64,000 bases of DNA. Source: a virus. Below are positions 10,389-20,143 of this stretch, piece by piece. Made by a program: the position numbers and the translations under genes. The notes beneath the pieces are model-generated. The model saw nothing but the letters and a program-made list of their open reading frames with translations. It was not told where the DNA came from and did not search any database. How positions within the stretch are numbered: position 1 is the first letter of the stretch; every line of letters begins with the position of its first letter. The stretch lies in the IMG/VR virus record IMGVR_UViG_3300045988_044066; one strand, given 5' to 3'.

Positions 10389-10420
10389 AATCAAGCATTA
10401 CTAAACAAAGAAGGCCACAG
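10389..10420 (-). terminator. Putative intrinsic terminator after the 10422-10817 gene
   Basis: 8-bp stem aagaaggc/gccttctt with a 16-nt loop. In the minus-strand RNA it is followed by UUUGUUUAG. Confidence 0.3.
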
Positions 10421-10421
10421 A

Positions 10422-10817
10422 TTACTCCGTAGCCTTCTTAATAAGTTCATAAAAGAAATCTTTACTCATCATAACGTATTCTCCGTCAGAGCCCATGTTT
10501 ACTCCCTTGTCAATCTGCTTGTTCCAGATTATTACTAAGGGTCTATCTTTACGACCACATGTTTTGATAATTTCAGCAATAGACGGTGTGTTCTTAGTAC
10601 ATTTACATTGTACGTAACATGGCAATTTGTCCTCGGTTTCAGCTATGTCAATTTTAGCATCGTCCAGATTCTTGGACTCACTACGAGATGACTTTAGGCC
10701 TTTATAACCAAGTCCTATCAATTCCTTAATAATCTTAAGTTCATAATTATTACCTTTACGTTTAGCATATGCACCGTTACGTTTCTTCTTCGGTTTTACT
10801 TCTTCAGTGTTCTCCAT
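10422..10817 (-). CDS. Holliday-junction resolvase-like PD-(D/E)xK nuclease (Hjc/RecU-type)
   Basis: GNNYELKIIKEL..GYKGLKSSRSESKNLDDAKIDIAE...VQCKC follows the Hjc pattern G..E..L..G....RS..S...D(L/I)...E.K. Confidence 0.45.
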   Translation of the reverse strand: MENTEEVKPKKKRNGAYAKRKGNNYELKIIKELIGLGYKGLKSSRSESKNLDDAKIDIAETEDKLPCYVQCKCTKNTPSIAEIIKTCGRKDRPLVIIWNKQIDKGVNMGSDGEYVMMSKDFFYELIKKATE

Positions 10818-11800
10818 GCCCTTTCAATTAAATTAAGTGTCTTCTCTCTACCATATTTAGCATGAAAGTCAGATATATCTTTAGCTCCATAAGACCTAGG
10901 AATGAAGATGCAGTCTATGTTAAACTTCTTTCTTATCTGGTTCATGTTATGAATGCCAGGCAAGTCGTTATCATAGAATACAACTATCTTCTTAAATCTT
11001 TTACTCAACTTCTCGAATTGAGATTCAGTTAAGAATAAATTCTCTGAATTAGGAGCTATTGCAGTAATTCCTAAAGAATATAGACACATAACGTCTTTCA
11101 TACTCTTAGTAACTACTAACAAATCGCCTTCTGCCGGAAGCTGATGTGCTCCCTGTAACATGATAGACTTCCAGTTAGATAGAAACCGTGTAGTTCCTCT
11201 TTCTCTAAATGGAAAGTAGATTCTCCATAACTCAACCCCTTTATCGTTCTTACCACGATAATAGCCAAACATGGGATTCTGTGGACCAGTAGTGGCATAA
11301 TAACTGCCATTTAAATAGACAGCCTTGCAAGAATAGACTCTGAATCTCTTCAGAATCTCCTTAGTAATGCCATATTGTGCCCACCACTGTAGTTCAGATT
11401 CAGTGAACTCTTGTACATCAGCTCTTATAATCGCAGGTCCATCGTCCTTAAATTCAGACTTACTTGCGACTACAGGCTTATTGTTCTTAGGTAACGTTTT
11501 ATGAGTTATATAGCCAAAGTCATTAGCAATTATTTGCAATGCTTTATAATAAGTACAACTATACTTATACATAACCACACTAATAAAATTACCATAGAAC
11601 TGTCCGCTGAAGTCATTGAATATGATGTCTCCAGACGCATTCCTATAAAAGGAACACGTAGGAGAATTATCATTTCTCAACGGAGATTTAAACAACCCTT
11701 TCTTAACTGGGATTCCTAGATAATACTCAAGATAAGTTTCCTGAGTCTGCCTTTCAAGTAAATACTTCTTAGTAATTTTAGGTTCATATTCCAATACCAT
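10796..11800 (-). CDS. DNA primase (zinc-binding N-terminus plus Toprim domain)
   Basis: AEGDLLVVTKS (E-G...D) and FYDNDLPG (DxD) are Toprim motifs. SPLRNDNSPTCSFY resembles a CHC2 zinc finger. Confidence 0.6.
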   Translation of the reverse strand: MVLEYEPKITKKYLLERQTQETYLEYYLGIPVKKGLFKSPLRNDNSPTCSFYRNASGDIIFNDFSGQFYGNFISVVMYKYSCTYYKALQIIANDFGYITHKTLPKNNKPVVASKSEFKDDGPAIIRADVQEFTESELQWWAQYGITKEILKRFRVYSCKAVYLNGSYYATTGPQNPMFGYYRGKNDKGVELWRIYFPFRERGTTRFLSNWKSIMLQGAHQLPAEGDLLVVTKSMKDVMCLYSLGITAIAPNSENLFLTESQFEKLSKRFKKIVVFYDNDLPGIHNMNQIRKKFNIDCIFIPRSYGAKDISDFHAKYGREKTLNLIERAWRTLKK

Positions 11801-11847
11801 ATTATTTCAATGTTTAATGTTTGAACCTCAAATTTACTAATTAATTA

Positions 11848-12531
11848 TTACACTTCAAAGTCAAGGTCTGCGTTATCTGTGGCTGCATCATTAGATGCTG
11901 CAAAATCGTCAGAACTTGTGCCAGGCATGTCAGTAGGGCCGTTACTCTTCTGTTTATTCATCTGACTGATTTCATAGTCAGAGAAGAATACTTTGTCTCC
12001 TAACCAGTTGTTAGAGATATATGCATCACCTGCTTTACTGATATTGACGAAATAAGGCAGACAAGGTTCGCCTTTCTTATTAGCAATCAGCTTCAGATTA
12101 GTATGCTTATTAACTGCATCCTTAGTGATGTCGGCAAATGTCTTTACCAATTTCTCAAACTCTTCCGGAAGGGCAAAAGTTTTAGTTTTAAATGCTTCAT
12201 ATTTCTTAGGAGCAAGTTGTTCTCCAATATGAGCTAACATAAATTTAAACTTCTCAAAGTTGGACGGACTTTCACGTTCAACTCCATTATTAGAGCTTAC
12301 TTGTCTTACATCATCCCCCTCTTTAGGACAGAATACTGTTTCTTCATAAACACCATTCTCATTCTCGAATGAAATTCTCATGGTTTTGTACACTGCGTCA
12401 GGGTCTTTCTTACCCTTAAACTCATTGAATGTTATTCCCTTGAAGATAACATCGTGGATTTCCCATGGTTTCAGTCTTGGTTTAATAGATGATGTACCGT
12501 TCGTGTTTGTTAAGTTGAAATTCATTGACAT
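11848..12531 (-). CDS. putative single-stranded DNA-binding protein (acidic C-terminal tail ...DNADLDFEV)
   Basis: Lies among replication genes. The C-terminal acidic tail ends in an aromatic residue, as in phage SSBs. Confidence 0.4.
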   Translation of the reverse strand: MSMNFNLTNTNGTSSIKPRLKPWEIHDVIFKGITFNEFKGKKDPDAVYKTMRISFENENGVYEETVFCPKEGDDVRQVSSNNGVERESPSNFEKFKFMLAHIGEQLAPKKYEAFKTKTFALPEEFEKLVKTFADITKDAVNKHTNLKLIANKKGEPCLPYFVNISKAGDAYISNNWLGDKVFFSDYEISQMNKQKSNGPTDMPGTSSDDFAASNDAATDNADLDFEV

Positions 12532-12543
12532 AGTTTATAAGTA

Positions 12544-13104
12544 TTAAAGTTCAAAAGTTAATGGGTCAATCTCTTTAGCTGACTCATCTCCAATCTCTGT
12601 GTCTAACGGCAAATCAATGTTGTCGCTTTCATCTTCTAATACCTCTATGTTATCTACTTCAGGCTCTTCCGGCCTTTCAGCATTACCAACTAATACGAAG
12701 AGGTCGTCTTGACCTTTCATCGTAGTTACTGTAAATGTATCTCCATACTGACGTAGCATGTCATTAGCTTTACCTCTACAGCTGACAGACAGACTCTTAG
12801 TAAGTTTGTTTCCACCTTTGGTTCCAAAGGCTTCATCAGTTCCTATAACGGGGAAAGTGATTCCGTCAATTTTCTGATATTTAATACTAAGTCTATCTTC
12901 CCAAGCAACTCCCATTAATTGGGCAGCTGCTTTATTAAGTATGTACTTGTTAGGGTCTAGGGTAATTTGCGGTTCAGATGTTTCTGGAACCTCTTCCTTG
13001 ACTGTTCTAGTCTTTACTTCTTCTTTGACAATTTCCTGCTTTAGAGATTTATACTCTCCAGTAGCTGGGTCAAAGTCCAAAGTTAACAGCATTTTAACTA
13101 TCAT
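12544..13104 (-). CDS. hypothetical protein with acidic C-terminal tail (...EIDPLTFEL)
   Basis: 186-aa ORF. Tail resembles that of the upstream SSB-like protein. Confidence 0.45.
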   Translation of the reverse strand: MIVKMLLTLDFDPATGEYKSLKQEIVKEEVKTRTVKEEVPETSEPQITLDPNKYILNKAAAQLMGVAWEDRLSIKYQKIDGITFPVIGTDEAFGTKGGNKLTKSLSVSCRGKANDMLRQYGDTFTVTTMKGQDDLFVLVGNAERPEEPEVDNIEVLEDESDNIDLPLDTEIGDESAKEIDPLTFEL

Positions 13105-13793
13105 TCTCCGTATTCAAATTTATTGATTGTGTCAATCACCATCTTCATATTAGGTTCAACATATAAATCAGGGAAACATCCTGCGGTACTTCTACAAGTA
13201 TCTGGACCAAGTGACCTTGTTCTGAATTTATAGTCAACCTCTTCATCATTTACAATCTTCTCTGCATACAGCAAATAATTAAACAGTCCATCTATATTAA
13301 CAGACCTATCCAACATCTTTCCAGTAGTAAATAACTTATATTTAGGGTCATAGTCGTTACCGTCATTTACAATATGAGATATGAACACTACAATTAAATC
13401 CTCTCTAAGAGTCATAGCTTTCATTATTAAATCATAATAGTGCTTTGCAAAGTCAATATGCTTATCATATCCTTTCTCCGCACTTCTAGACATCACCTCT
13501 TGTGAAAGAAGATAATTACTATCATCAATTACTAAGACCTTAATCTCCGGCATTTTAACATTAACTACATTCATGATGTTCATCACTTTGGCAAATTCAT
13601 TGCTGAAATACCAATTTCCAACATAGTTCTTGTCTTTGTCCTGAGTTAGTTTCTTGTAATTCTTCCTAAATCCTGGAATTGATAATTGTTTAGGAGTACA
13701 GCTAATGATAAATGTCTCCTTTGGGTTTAAATACTGTAGGGAACTAGACTTACCACTTCCCGAAAATCCTCCAAGTCCTATAATTTGGCTCAT
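13101..13793 (-). CDS. AAA_24/Sak4-like P-loop ATPase (RecA-fold)
   Basis: Walker A GLGGFSGSGKSS and Walker B KVLVIDD. About 230 aa, next to SSB and DnaB genes. Confidence 0.5.
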   Translation of the reverse strand: MSQIIGLGGFSGSGKSSSLQYLNPKETFIISCTPKQLSIPGFRKNYKKLTQDKDKNYVGNWYFSNEFAKVMNIMNVVNVKMPEIKVLVIDDSNYLLSQEVMSRSAEKGYDKHIDFAKHYYDLIMKAMTLREDLIVVFISHIVNDGNDYDPKYKLFTTGKMLDRSVNIDGLFNYLLYAEKIVNDEEVDYKFRTRSLGPDTCRSTAGCFPDLYVEPNMKMVIDTINKFEYGE

Positions 13794-13797
13794 TAAA

Positions 13798-14889
13798 TCA
13801 TAATGTTATGGTTACGCGTAAATCATCTTTCTTAGTTCGTTCTATCTCGACTTCCCTGTCTGGGAAATCAATAATAGTCCAATCTGGATTCTTATACTTG
13901 TCATAATCATTGATTTCAGACGCAGATGGAAGCTCTTTAAAGATACCACACCTACCATAAAATCCTACACCAATGGCTACATCAGACGCACCAAATCTAT
14001 TCTTAAGAACCAATAATGACCTGAAACCATCCTTTAGCTCTTTAATGCAATATCCTCTATATGTAGACAATTTGCTTCTAAATGGATTAAATAATACCAA
14101 TACTACATTGGCATCCTCACTCGGAGAACCACTCTCTTTTAAATCTGACAAATCAGGTTCTTGCAAGCCTTGTTTTAGTCGTTCTGCATTATTAGCATTT
14201 CTATTGAACTGCATAATATTGATTGGAGATATCTTACATTTACTTCTAAATGAGACACCATATGCCGATATGGTATCAATCTCCTCTTTCTTGCTACGAC
14301 CCAACTGTGGTCTCACTAAGCCTAAGTGGTCAGTAATTACTGCGATAATTTGTTTCGGATTATTAAGTTCATAAGTATCTTCATCAACAAAGGTTCCAAA
14401 TTTCTTTAAATCCTCTATGATTAGAGACTTATACTTCTCTGAATTGAGAGTGCCGTCATGTATTATTAATCTGTCCTCTATAGATTCTAGCCATGGAATA
14501 CATTCCTGTACTAACTCATAATCCTCATCAGAGAGTATAGAGTCCTTGCCTCTAGACAATAATTCTTTAAAAGATATTTGTTTACCATAAGTCTCATATA
14601 TATGAAGAGATAGCAATTTAGCAAGTAACTGCTCGGCACTCATCTCCAAAGAGAATATAATAAACTGAACATCCTTATCAGAATCAGAGTCCAGTAGAGC
14701 CTTATATATAAAGGAGTGAAGCACGAAACTAGTCTTACCGTTACCAGTTCCTGCGGCAATCAGGTAATAGGTCTCTTGAGTTAATCCGTCAATTATATGC
14801 TCCAGCTTAGGCATTCCCAGTGATAATCCTTGATTGTCACCTTCTCTACCTCTTTTGATAAGTTCGATTAGTCTGCTAGTATATGTCAT
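13798..14889 (-). CDS. DnaB-family replicative DNA helicase (RecA-like C-terminal domain)
   Basis: GLSLGMPKLEHIIDGLTQETYYLIAAGTGNGKTSF matches the DnaB H1/Walker A region. Confidence 0.7.
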   Translation of the reverse strand: MTYTSRLIELIKRGREGDNQGLSLGMPKLEHIIDGLTQETYYLIAAGTGNGKTSFVLHSFIYKALLDSDSDKDVQFIIFSLEMSAEQLLAKLLSLHIYETYGKQISFKELLSRGKDSILSDEDYELVQECIPWLESIEDRLIIHDGTLNSEKYKSLIIEDLKKFGTFVDEDTYELNNPKQIIAVITDHLGLVRPQLGRSKKEEIDTISAYGVSFRSKCKISPINIMQFNRNANNAERLKQGLQEPDLSDLKESGSPSEDANVVLVLFNPFRSKLSTYRGYCIKELKDGFRSLLVLKNRFGASDVAIGVGFYGRCGIFKELPSASEINDYDKYKNPDWTIIDFPDREVEIERTKKDDLRVTITL

Positions 14890-15509
14890 AGTTCCGTCAT
14901 AGTATCAAACACTAATTCTTCATATGTTCCATCTTTAAACTTCTCGATGCCTTCCCAAGCCTTAGACATTATAAAGTCAGCAATATTGACATTTATCAGA
15001 TTACATTTGTTCTGCTTAGCCCAATTGACTAACTCTATCACCCTTTTATGATTCTCAAGTTTCCACCCTATATTCTTGCCATATCTAAAGAACATATCTT
15101 CCAAAGTGTTAAACTTCTTAGACCAGTTCTTTAAGCTATACTCCCTGCCATTAATAATGACAATATCTGGGTATGCTTCCCAGAACTCTCCTCCCAGGTC
15201 TCCGGAATACTTTCTATAATTCTTAATGAAGTTTTCATTAAAGATTACAGATTCAGGGTCAAACGTCTGACCCTCTGCGGGAATTTTATACTTCTTAGTA
15301 ATGACTCCCTTCGCCTGTAGACTTAATAATACATCTCTAAAGCGGGTTTTAGTTATTGGCATTCCCAGATATCGGATGAGGGAGTCTTTATGTCCCTCTT
15401 CTGGTTGTGCCAAGAATAGCAACTCAATCATTAACAACTCCTCAGCAGTAAGCCTATACTGCTCCATTATTAACAACTGATTCTCTATTGTTAAACTTAA
15501 TTTCTCCAA
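14886..15509 (-). CDS. hypothetical protein (possible replication initiation or helicase-loading factor, by position only)
   Basis: 207-aa ORF, translationally coupled to the dnaB-like gene. Confidence 0.4.
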   Translation of the reverse strand: MEKLSLTIENQLLIMEQYRLTAEELLMIELLFLAQPEEGHKDSLIRYLGMPITKTRFRDVLLSLQAKGVITKKYKIPAEGQTFDPESVIFNENFIKNYRKYSGDLGGEFWEAYPDIVIINGREYSLKNWSKKFNTLEDMFFRYGKNIGWKLENHKRVIELVNWAKQNKCNLINVNIADFIMSKAWEGIEKFKDGTYEELVFDTMTEL

Positions 15510-15562
15510 GCGTATTGATTAATAAGTAAATAACTTACTAATCTATCAGCTGTGATACTTTG

Positions 15563-15787
15563 TTATTCTGATTTCTCAGTGTCCTCAATCACATAAGCTT
15601 CGCCTGCTACTTCGTAAGGAGCTATAAACTCTTTAAAGAGTTCTGTCTGCCTTGTTACCATAGCTTTGACGTCATAGATTCCACCTTCAAATTCAATTTC
15701 ACCGTTTTCGTTGACGCCACTAGCATGAATGATACTATCAAACGTGTTAGTAAGCATCACAAGTTCAAGCAATCTTTCAGTTGTCAT
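15563..15787 (-). CDS. hypothetical protein
   Basis: 74-aa ORF. Confidence 0.35.
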   Translation of the reverse strand: MTTERLLELVMLTNTFDSIIHASGVNENGEIEFEGGIYDVKAMVTRQTELFKEFIAPYEVAGEAYVIEDTEKSE

Positions 15788-15847
15788 GTAATTTTAACCG
15801 TTAAGGATTACAAAGATACGATAATCTTGTTACATTTCAAAACGAAT

Positions 15848-16048
15848 CTACTTAAATTTCAGGCTCGTAATAAGACTCTGCACATCTAGAGGGCTACGCT
15901 CTAAATGCACAGACATCATGCAAATACGATGCTCTGAATGCTTCTCTAACAGCTCTAATAGCTTAACAGCATCAACATCAGTAGATACTGTTGAAGTTCT
16001 ATCAGGCTGCCCTTCAGCACCTATGTTGCAATATAACACTCTAAACAT
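15848..16048 (-). CDS. hypothetical protein
   Basis: 66-aa ORF abutting the helicase gene. Confidence 0.3.
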   Translation of the reverse strand: MFRVLYCNIGAEGQPDRTSTVSTDVDAVKLLELLEKHSEHRICMMSVHLERSPLDVQSLITSLKFK

Positions 16049-17322
16049 TAGAACCTAAATATCATTTTAGTTTCTTTGTTCTTCTTAGGAGTAAATTCTC
16101 GCCCTTCTAGTAGATTTAATAAATCAGAATCGGCTATAGTGATATAATCCTTACTACCAGTACTCTTGCGAAACCATTCTTCTTCAACAGTTCCCTTGAT
16201 TACTAAAGTAAAGACTTCCGCTACTTTATTCTCTGCCTTTCTAATAACTCTACCTATTCTCTGCGTCTTAGACGTAGGACTGGAATCATATCCAAGAATA
16301 ACGGCTACTGACAGTCCTGGTATGTCAGCTCCTTCATCTAACATCTTAGAAGTATTAAGTACTCCCACAGATGCTGATTTAAACTCCTCTAAAGTCATCC
16401 TTCCCTTCTTCTTAGTTTCCTTACTAGATAGTACCTTACCATGCTTGATTTGTTCGGCAATCTTGATTGTCTTACTAAAAGTAATACATTTCTTGTCTTG
16501 CCTATGCTCAAGTATCATATTTGTAAGTTCTATCTTTTTAGGATGTTCATAAATAAACTTCTTCCTTGCCTGTAAAGTCCTATTGAAACCCATAGCATGA
16601 ATTAGAATGGTCTTATTAAGAGCTTTCCATTCATCTGGTTTCTTGTCGAAGTCGGGAAGCATAGTTTTAGCTAGCTCAATTCTCTTCTGCCATTTAGTAG
16701 CACAAGCCATAGCAAGTGTAAAGTCATGACCAAAGAATGCGAAATGCTCATAGAACTCTCTGTTTAACTCATAGTATTTGTCTAGATTGTCTACTTCTAC
16801 CATGACTTTGTATTCTCTGTAAGGAGATAGCCAGCCTCTAGCAGTAGCTTCACTAACATCTACTCTATCAACTACTGGACAATACTTCTTGATATAACTA
16901 TCCTTACCGTCTAGTCGTTCCATAGTTGCAGTTAAACCTAGAATTATTTTATACTTGACTACTTCAAATACCTTTCCAAACAGGTCGGAAGCATATTTAT
17001 GACATTCATCAAGTACTAGCAAATCACATGTCCACTCATGTTTCACAACAGAGTTTATTATTAGTACCTCGTACACCATTGGGACTTGCTGCTCTGTTAA
17101 ATCACTAAGCCATTGTCTCTGTAGTGCATCAGTAGGTACTACTATTATAATTCTTCTACCAGGATTCTTAGCCAAGAATCTTTTCATACACATAATGGCA
17201 GTTCTAGTCTTACCGAAACCGGTACAATAGACTAAAGAACCACGCAACTTATTATCTACCCAACGTTGAACACCAATTGCTTGGCGTTCATCTCTGCTTA
17301 CGTTTCCGAATAAGTCTGCCAC
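16048..17322 (-). CDS. SF2 DEAD/DEAH-box DNA helicase (UvsW-like)
   Basis: Motif I CTGFGKTRTA, motif II LVLDECH, motif III LTATMER, motif VI QRIGRVIR. Confidence 0.65.
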   Translation of the reverse strand: MADLFGNVSRDERQAIGVQRWVDNKLRGSLVYCTGFGKTRTAIMCMKRFLAKNPGRRIIIVVPTDALQRQWLSDLTEQQVPMVYEVLIINSVVKHEWTCDLLVLDECHKYASDLFGKVFEVVKYKIILGLTATMERLDGKDSYIKKYCPVVDRVDVSEATARGWLSPYREYKVMVEVDNLDKYYELNREFYEHFAFFGHDFTLAMACATKWQKRIELAKTMLPDFDKKPDEWKALNKTILIHAMGFNRTLQARKKFIYEHPKKIELTNMILEHRQDKKCITFSKTIKIAEQIKHGKVLSSKETKKKGRMTLEEFKSASVGVLNTSKMLDEGADIPGLSVAVILGYDSSPTSKTQRIGRVIRKAENKVAEVFTLVIKGTVEEEWFRKSTGSKDYITIADSDLLNLLEGREFTPKKNKETKMIFRF

Positions 17323-17475
17323 TTGTTATAGGCTAAGCCCTTAATTAATAACTCATTTGAATCTATTACCTTGAACCCTGTTATTTAATATTAGTAAATT
17401 CTCACAAGTTACGTTAAGCAGCTTATACCTACTACATAGTAATCTGGATTAACTGTGGTCAGCATCCAGAGTACA

Positions 17476-18318
17476 TTATAAAGTATAGCCTTTAGCATCA
17501 CATACTAATTTAATTTGGTTCTTGCGAGTTTCCCACTGAGATATATGGAACTTCACTTCATCTTCCAAAGAATACAAGATTCTATTTCTAAGAACCTTTA
17601 ATTGGTCAGTAGTTAGTTCTGTATACTTCTTACTCTTCAAATTAACCATAGAACGAAGCTGTGAATAGCTAAGTCCTTTAGGAGTAACATAAAGAGGCAT
17701 TGTGGGCTTCAGACCTAGTCTTTCCTTCGCCACTTCAATCTTATCTCTTATCTGACCTGTCTTAGGGTCTTTCTCCACTAAGTCCTTGCTCTCTTGAGCA
17801 GTGAACCATAGACCTTGCTTGAGAATAAATGTAAGAGTAATGTGTTGTTTGTTGAACTTTCCCAGTCTGTCCAAACAACCTTCGCGTACTGTCTCTGTTG
17901 GAATGTCTCCAAACTCTTTAGGACAGCCGCACATAGTTCCTTCAATTGGATACTCTTTCGGGTCTATACCGTCCTTATTAATATCCAAGAAAGAGACTAA
18001 CGCCTCTAGGAACTTAAACCTTGGCATATGCTGCTCCTGTTCTAACCAGCGCAAGAACAATTCTGCGTTACAACGCTGACGCTGGTCTTTAATAATGTCC
18101 AATAGAACATAACGACCAGGATAGTCCTTGTTAGTATTATAGAGCATAGAATCACAATGTGCATAGAAATTACGAAGTTCTTCTTCAGTACAATCAACCA
18201 AGCGTTTCTCCTCTTGTACTAAAGCTCCATTTACTTCTTGCTTACGACCCTTCCAAATGAAAGAGTTGATGTCATTATTCTTTCTATCGATAGCTGATGC
18301 CAATTTCTCTCTGAACAT
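17476..18318 (-). CDS. hypothetical protein
   Basis: 280-aa ORF. Confidence 0.5.
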   Translation of the reverse strand: MFREKLASAIDRKNNDINSFIWKGRKQEVNGALVQEEKRLVDCTEEELRNFYAHCDSMLYNTNKDYPGRYVLLDIIKDQRQRCNAELFLRWLEQEQHMPRFKFLEALVSFLDINKDGIDPKEYPIEGTMCGCPKEFGDIPTETVREGCLDRLGKFNKQHITLTFILKQGLWFTAQESKDLVEKDPKTGQIRDKIEVAKERLGLKPTMPLYVTPKGLSYSQLRSMVNLKSKKYTELTTDQLKVLRNRILYSLEDEVKFHISQWETRKNQIKLVCDAKGYTL

Positions 18319-18374
18319 AGATATATCATATTAATTTTAGATAATGGTCTAATCTCGTTAATTTAGATAATCTT

Positions 18375-18680
18375 TTACAGTATAATCTCACCCTCTGGTG
18401 GTTTCTCATAAACAAAGTCTTCGAAATATATATCGGTATATTTATACTTCTCAAAGGAGTCAGTGATGGGATTATACCATGTGTCTTCCCCTGCATATAC
18501 TTCCTTACATTTCAAATACCCGATGTCACCAACCCTTAAGAATGGACCTTCCCAGTTAGGACATCTGGTACACATTTTATATGTGCCGTTTGACAAATCT
18601 TTGAATGCATAGACTATATAACCACCAGCATCTTCCTTACTAGCTAGTAATTCAACGCGTATGGTATATTGAATCATCAT
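18375..18680 (-). CDS. hypothetical protein
   Basis: 101-aa ORF. Confidence 0.4.
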   Translation of the reverse strand: MMIQYTIRVELLASKEDAGGYIVYAFKDLSNGTYKMCTRCPNWEGPFLRVGDIGYLKCKEVYAGEDTWYNPITDSFEKYKYTDIYFEDFVYEKPPEGEIIL

Positions 18681-18883
18681 TCCGAGCCCACCAGCTCATT
18701 TTGTCGTTTATTAACCCCACCGTCTTTATAATGCACACAACCATACTTGGCGAAATCACAAACACTGTGCTCAATACCTCTGAAACAGGGATATCTAGAA
18801 CAGTCTTTGCAAGTTCTCTCGGGGTATTTGTACTTTACTCCATCTCTGTCCTTATCAAAACTGTCAGATAGTTTGTTCGCCAT
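18677..18883 (-). CDS. hypothetical Cys-rich (zinc-binding?) protein
   Basis: 68 aa with CKDCSRYPC...CDFAKYGC. Confidence 0.4.
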   Translation of the reverse strand: MANKLSDSFDKDRDGVKYKYPERTCKDCSRYPCFRGIEHSVCDFAKYGCVHYKDGGVNKRQNELVGSE

Positions 18884-18912
18884 GTTCCGAATAGTAGTTT
18901 GCCAAGAATTTG

Positions 18913-19326
18913 CTATTTAATCAGTAAGGCTAATAATAAGCCTACACTGATAGCAAATCCTCCTATTGACAATGTAGTTAATCTCTTGTTCTTTTTGTTC
19001 ATCTTAGCTATCTGCTCCTGTTGCTTACTAATAGCTTCATCATACATCTGCATTTGCAATTCTGCTCGTGCTAGTTGTTGAAGTCTTATACTATCAGTTT
19101 TAGCGTAGTTAGCAGTTAGTAACTCATAAGATGCAAGCTGTTTATTAAGTTCAAACCTCTCCAGCTTAAGCTTCTTATGCTCCAGAAATATAAGGTTACT
19201 AGCCTTTAATTGCTGTGGAGTAATCACAACTAAAGAGTCATCTACCAGCTTGGGATACATATTCTGCGAAGAAAGATGCATCAGCGGCAATAGACTGATT
19301 AGTAATATCAATAAGCTCCTTTTCAT
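18913..19326 (-). CDS. membrane protein with N-terminal signal peptide, coiled coil and C-terminal TM helix
   Basis: MKRSLLILLISLLPLMHLSS...LSIGGFAISVGLLLALLIK. Overlaps the upstream ORF by ~89 nt. Confidence 0.4.
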   Translation of the reverse strand: MKRSLLILLISLLPLMHLSSQNMYPKLVDDSLVVITPQQLKASNLIFLEHKKLKLERFELNKQLASYELLTANYAKTDSIRLQQLARAELQMQMYDEAISKQQEQIAKMNKKNKRLTTLSIGGFAISVGLLLALLIK

Positions 19327-19555
19327 ACCAATTATTAATAGTGTCTATCTTACCTTTAGAATTGGTAATGACACTAATTAGACTGTCGTTAGTAATTTCT
19401 AACTTCCTTACTTCCTTATTGAGCGAGTCTATAGCTTGCTCATATTTAGTGTTGTCAGGAATAACTACTGTGTTTCTATCCTTGCAAGCCCATGCTATAC
19501 CAAGGCATATGGCAGCAGCAATCACACCTCCAACGAAAGCATCCTTAAATTTCAT
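19238..19555 (-). CDS. membrane-anchored coiled-coil protein (N-terminal TM)
   Basis: MKFKDAFVGGVIAAAICLGIAWAC... Confidence 0.4.
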   Translation of the reverse strand: MKFKDAFVGGVIAAAICLGIAWACKDRNTVVIPDNTKYEQAIDSLNKEVRKLEITNDSLISVITNSKGKIDTINNWYEKELIDITNQSIAADASFFAEYVSQAGR

Positions 19556-20079
19556 TTCTGAGACTGATAGTAATTATAGATATCATAGATAACATCCACT
19601 CTATCATTCTTAGAAGTTAATAAGGTATCCAAGCATGTACGTTCTTCATCAGATAGTGATGCTTCTAGTTCAACCATTTTACGTCCTTCTTCATAGATAG
19701 CCTTAGCTGTATCATATCCTTTCAGATACTTGCCAGGGCATTGTTTGAAGAATGCTACTTCCTGGTCAAGAAGAGCATTAACTACACCACGGTTAATCAA
19801 TCCGGGGTCAGTACTGTACAGAGCATGATTATGTAGTTTACGAGCCTTACCAAGAGCTATTTGAACTCCCATATTCTCATCAAACTCATCTTCTGGTTGA
19901 CATACAGATACGCCAATAGACAGACATTTATCACTTAAGAGTGCATCTTCATCCCAGTTCTCTGTATCTGGGTCAATTTCAGCACATACTTCTTGTGACA
20001 ATGCAACCATTACGAACTTACGTTCCATGCCAGTAAAATCAACAAAACTGTCAACTCTATACTCAACTCTTTCTTTCAT
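19552..20079 (-). CDS. hypothetical protein
   Basis: 175-aa ORF. Confidence 0.45.
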   Translation of the reverse strand: MKERVEYRVDSFVDFTGMERKFVMVALSQEVCAEIDPDTENWDEDALLSDKCLSIGVSVCQPEDEFDENMGVQIALGKARKLHNHALYSTDPGLINRGVVNALLDQEVAFFKQCPGKYLKGYDTAKAIYEEGRKMVELEASLSDEERTCLDTLLTSKNDRVDVIYDIYNYYQSQK

Positions 20080-20143
20080 AAACTTGTAGATTAAATGTTT
20101 CTAAATGTAATCTCTTTAGATAAGTTAATCTGATTATAGGCAA

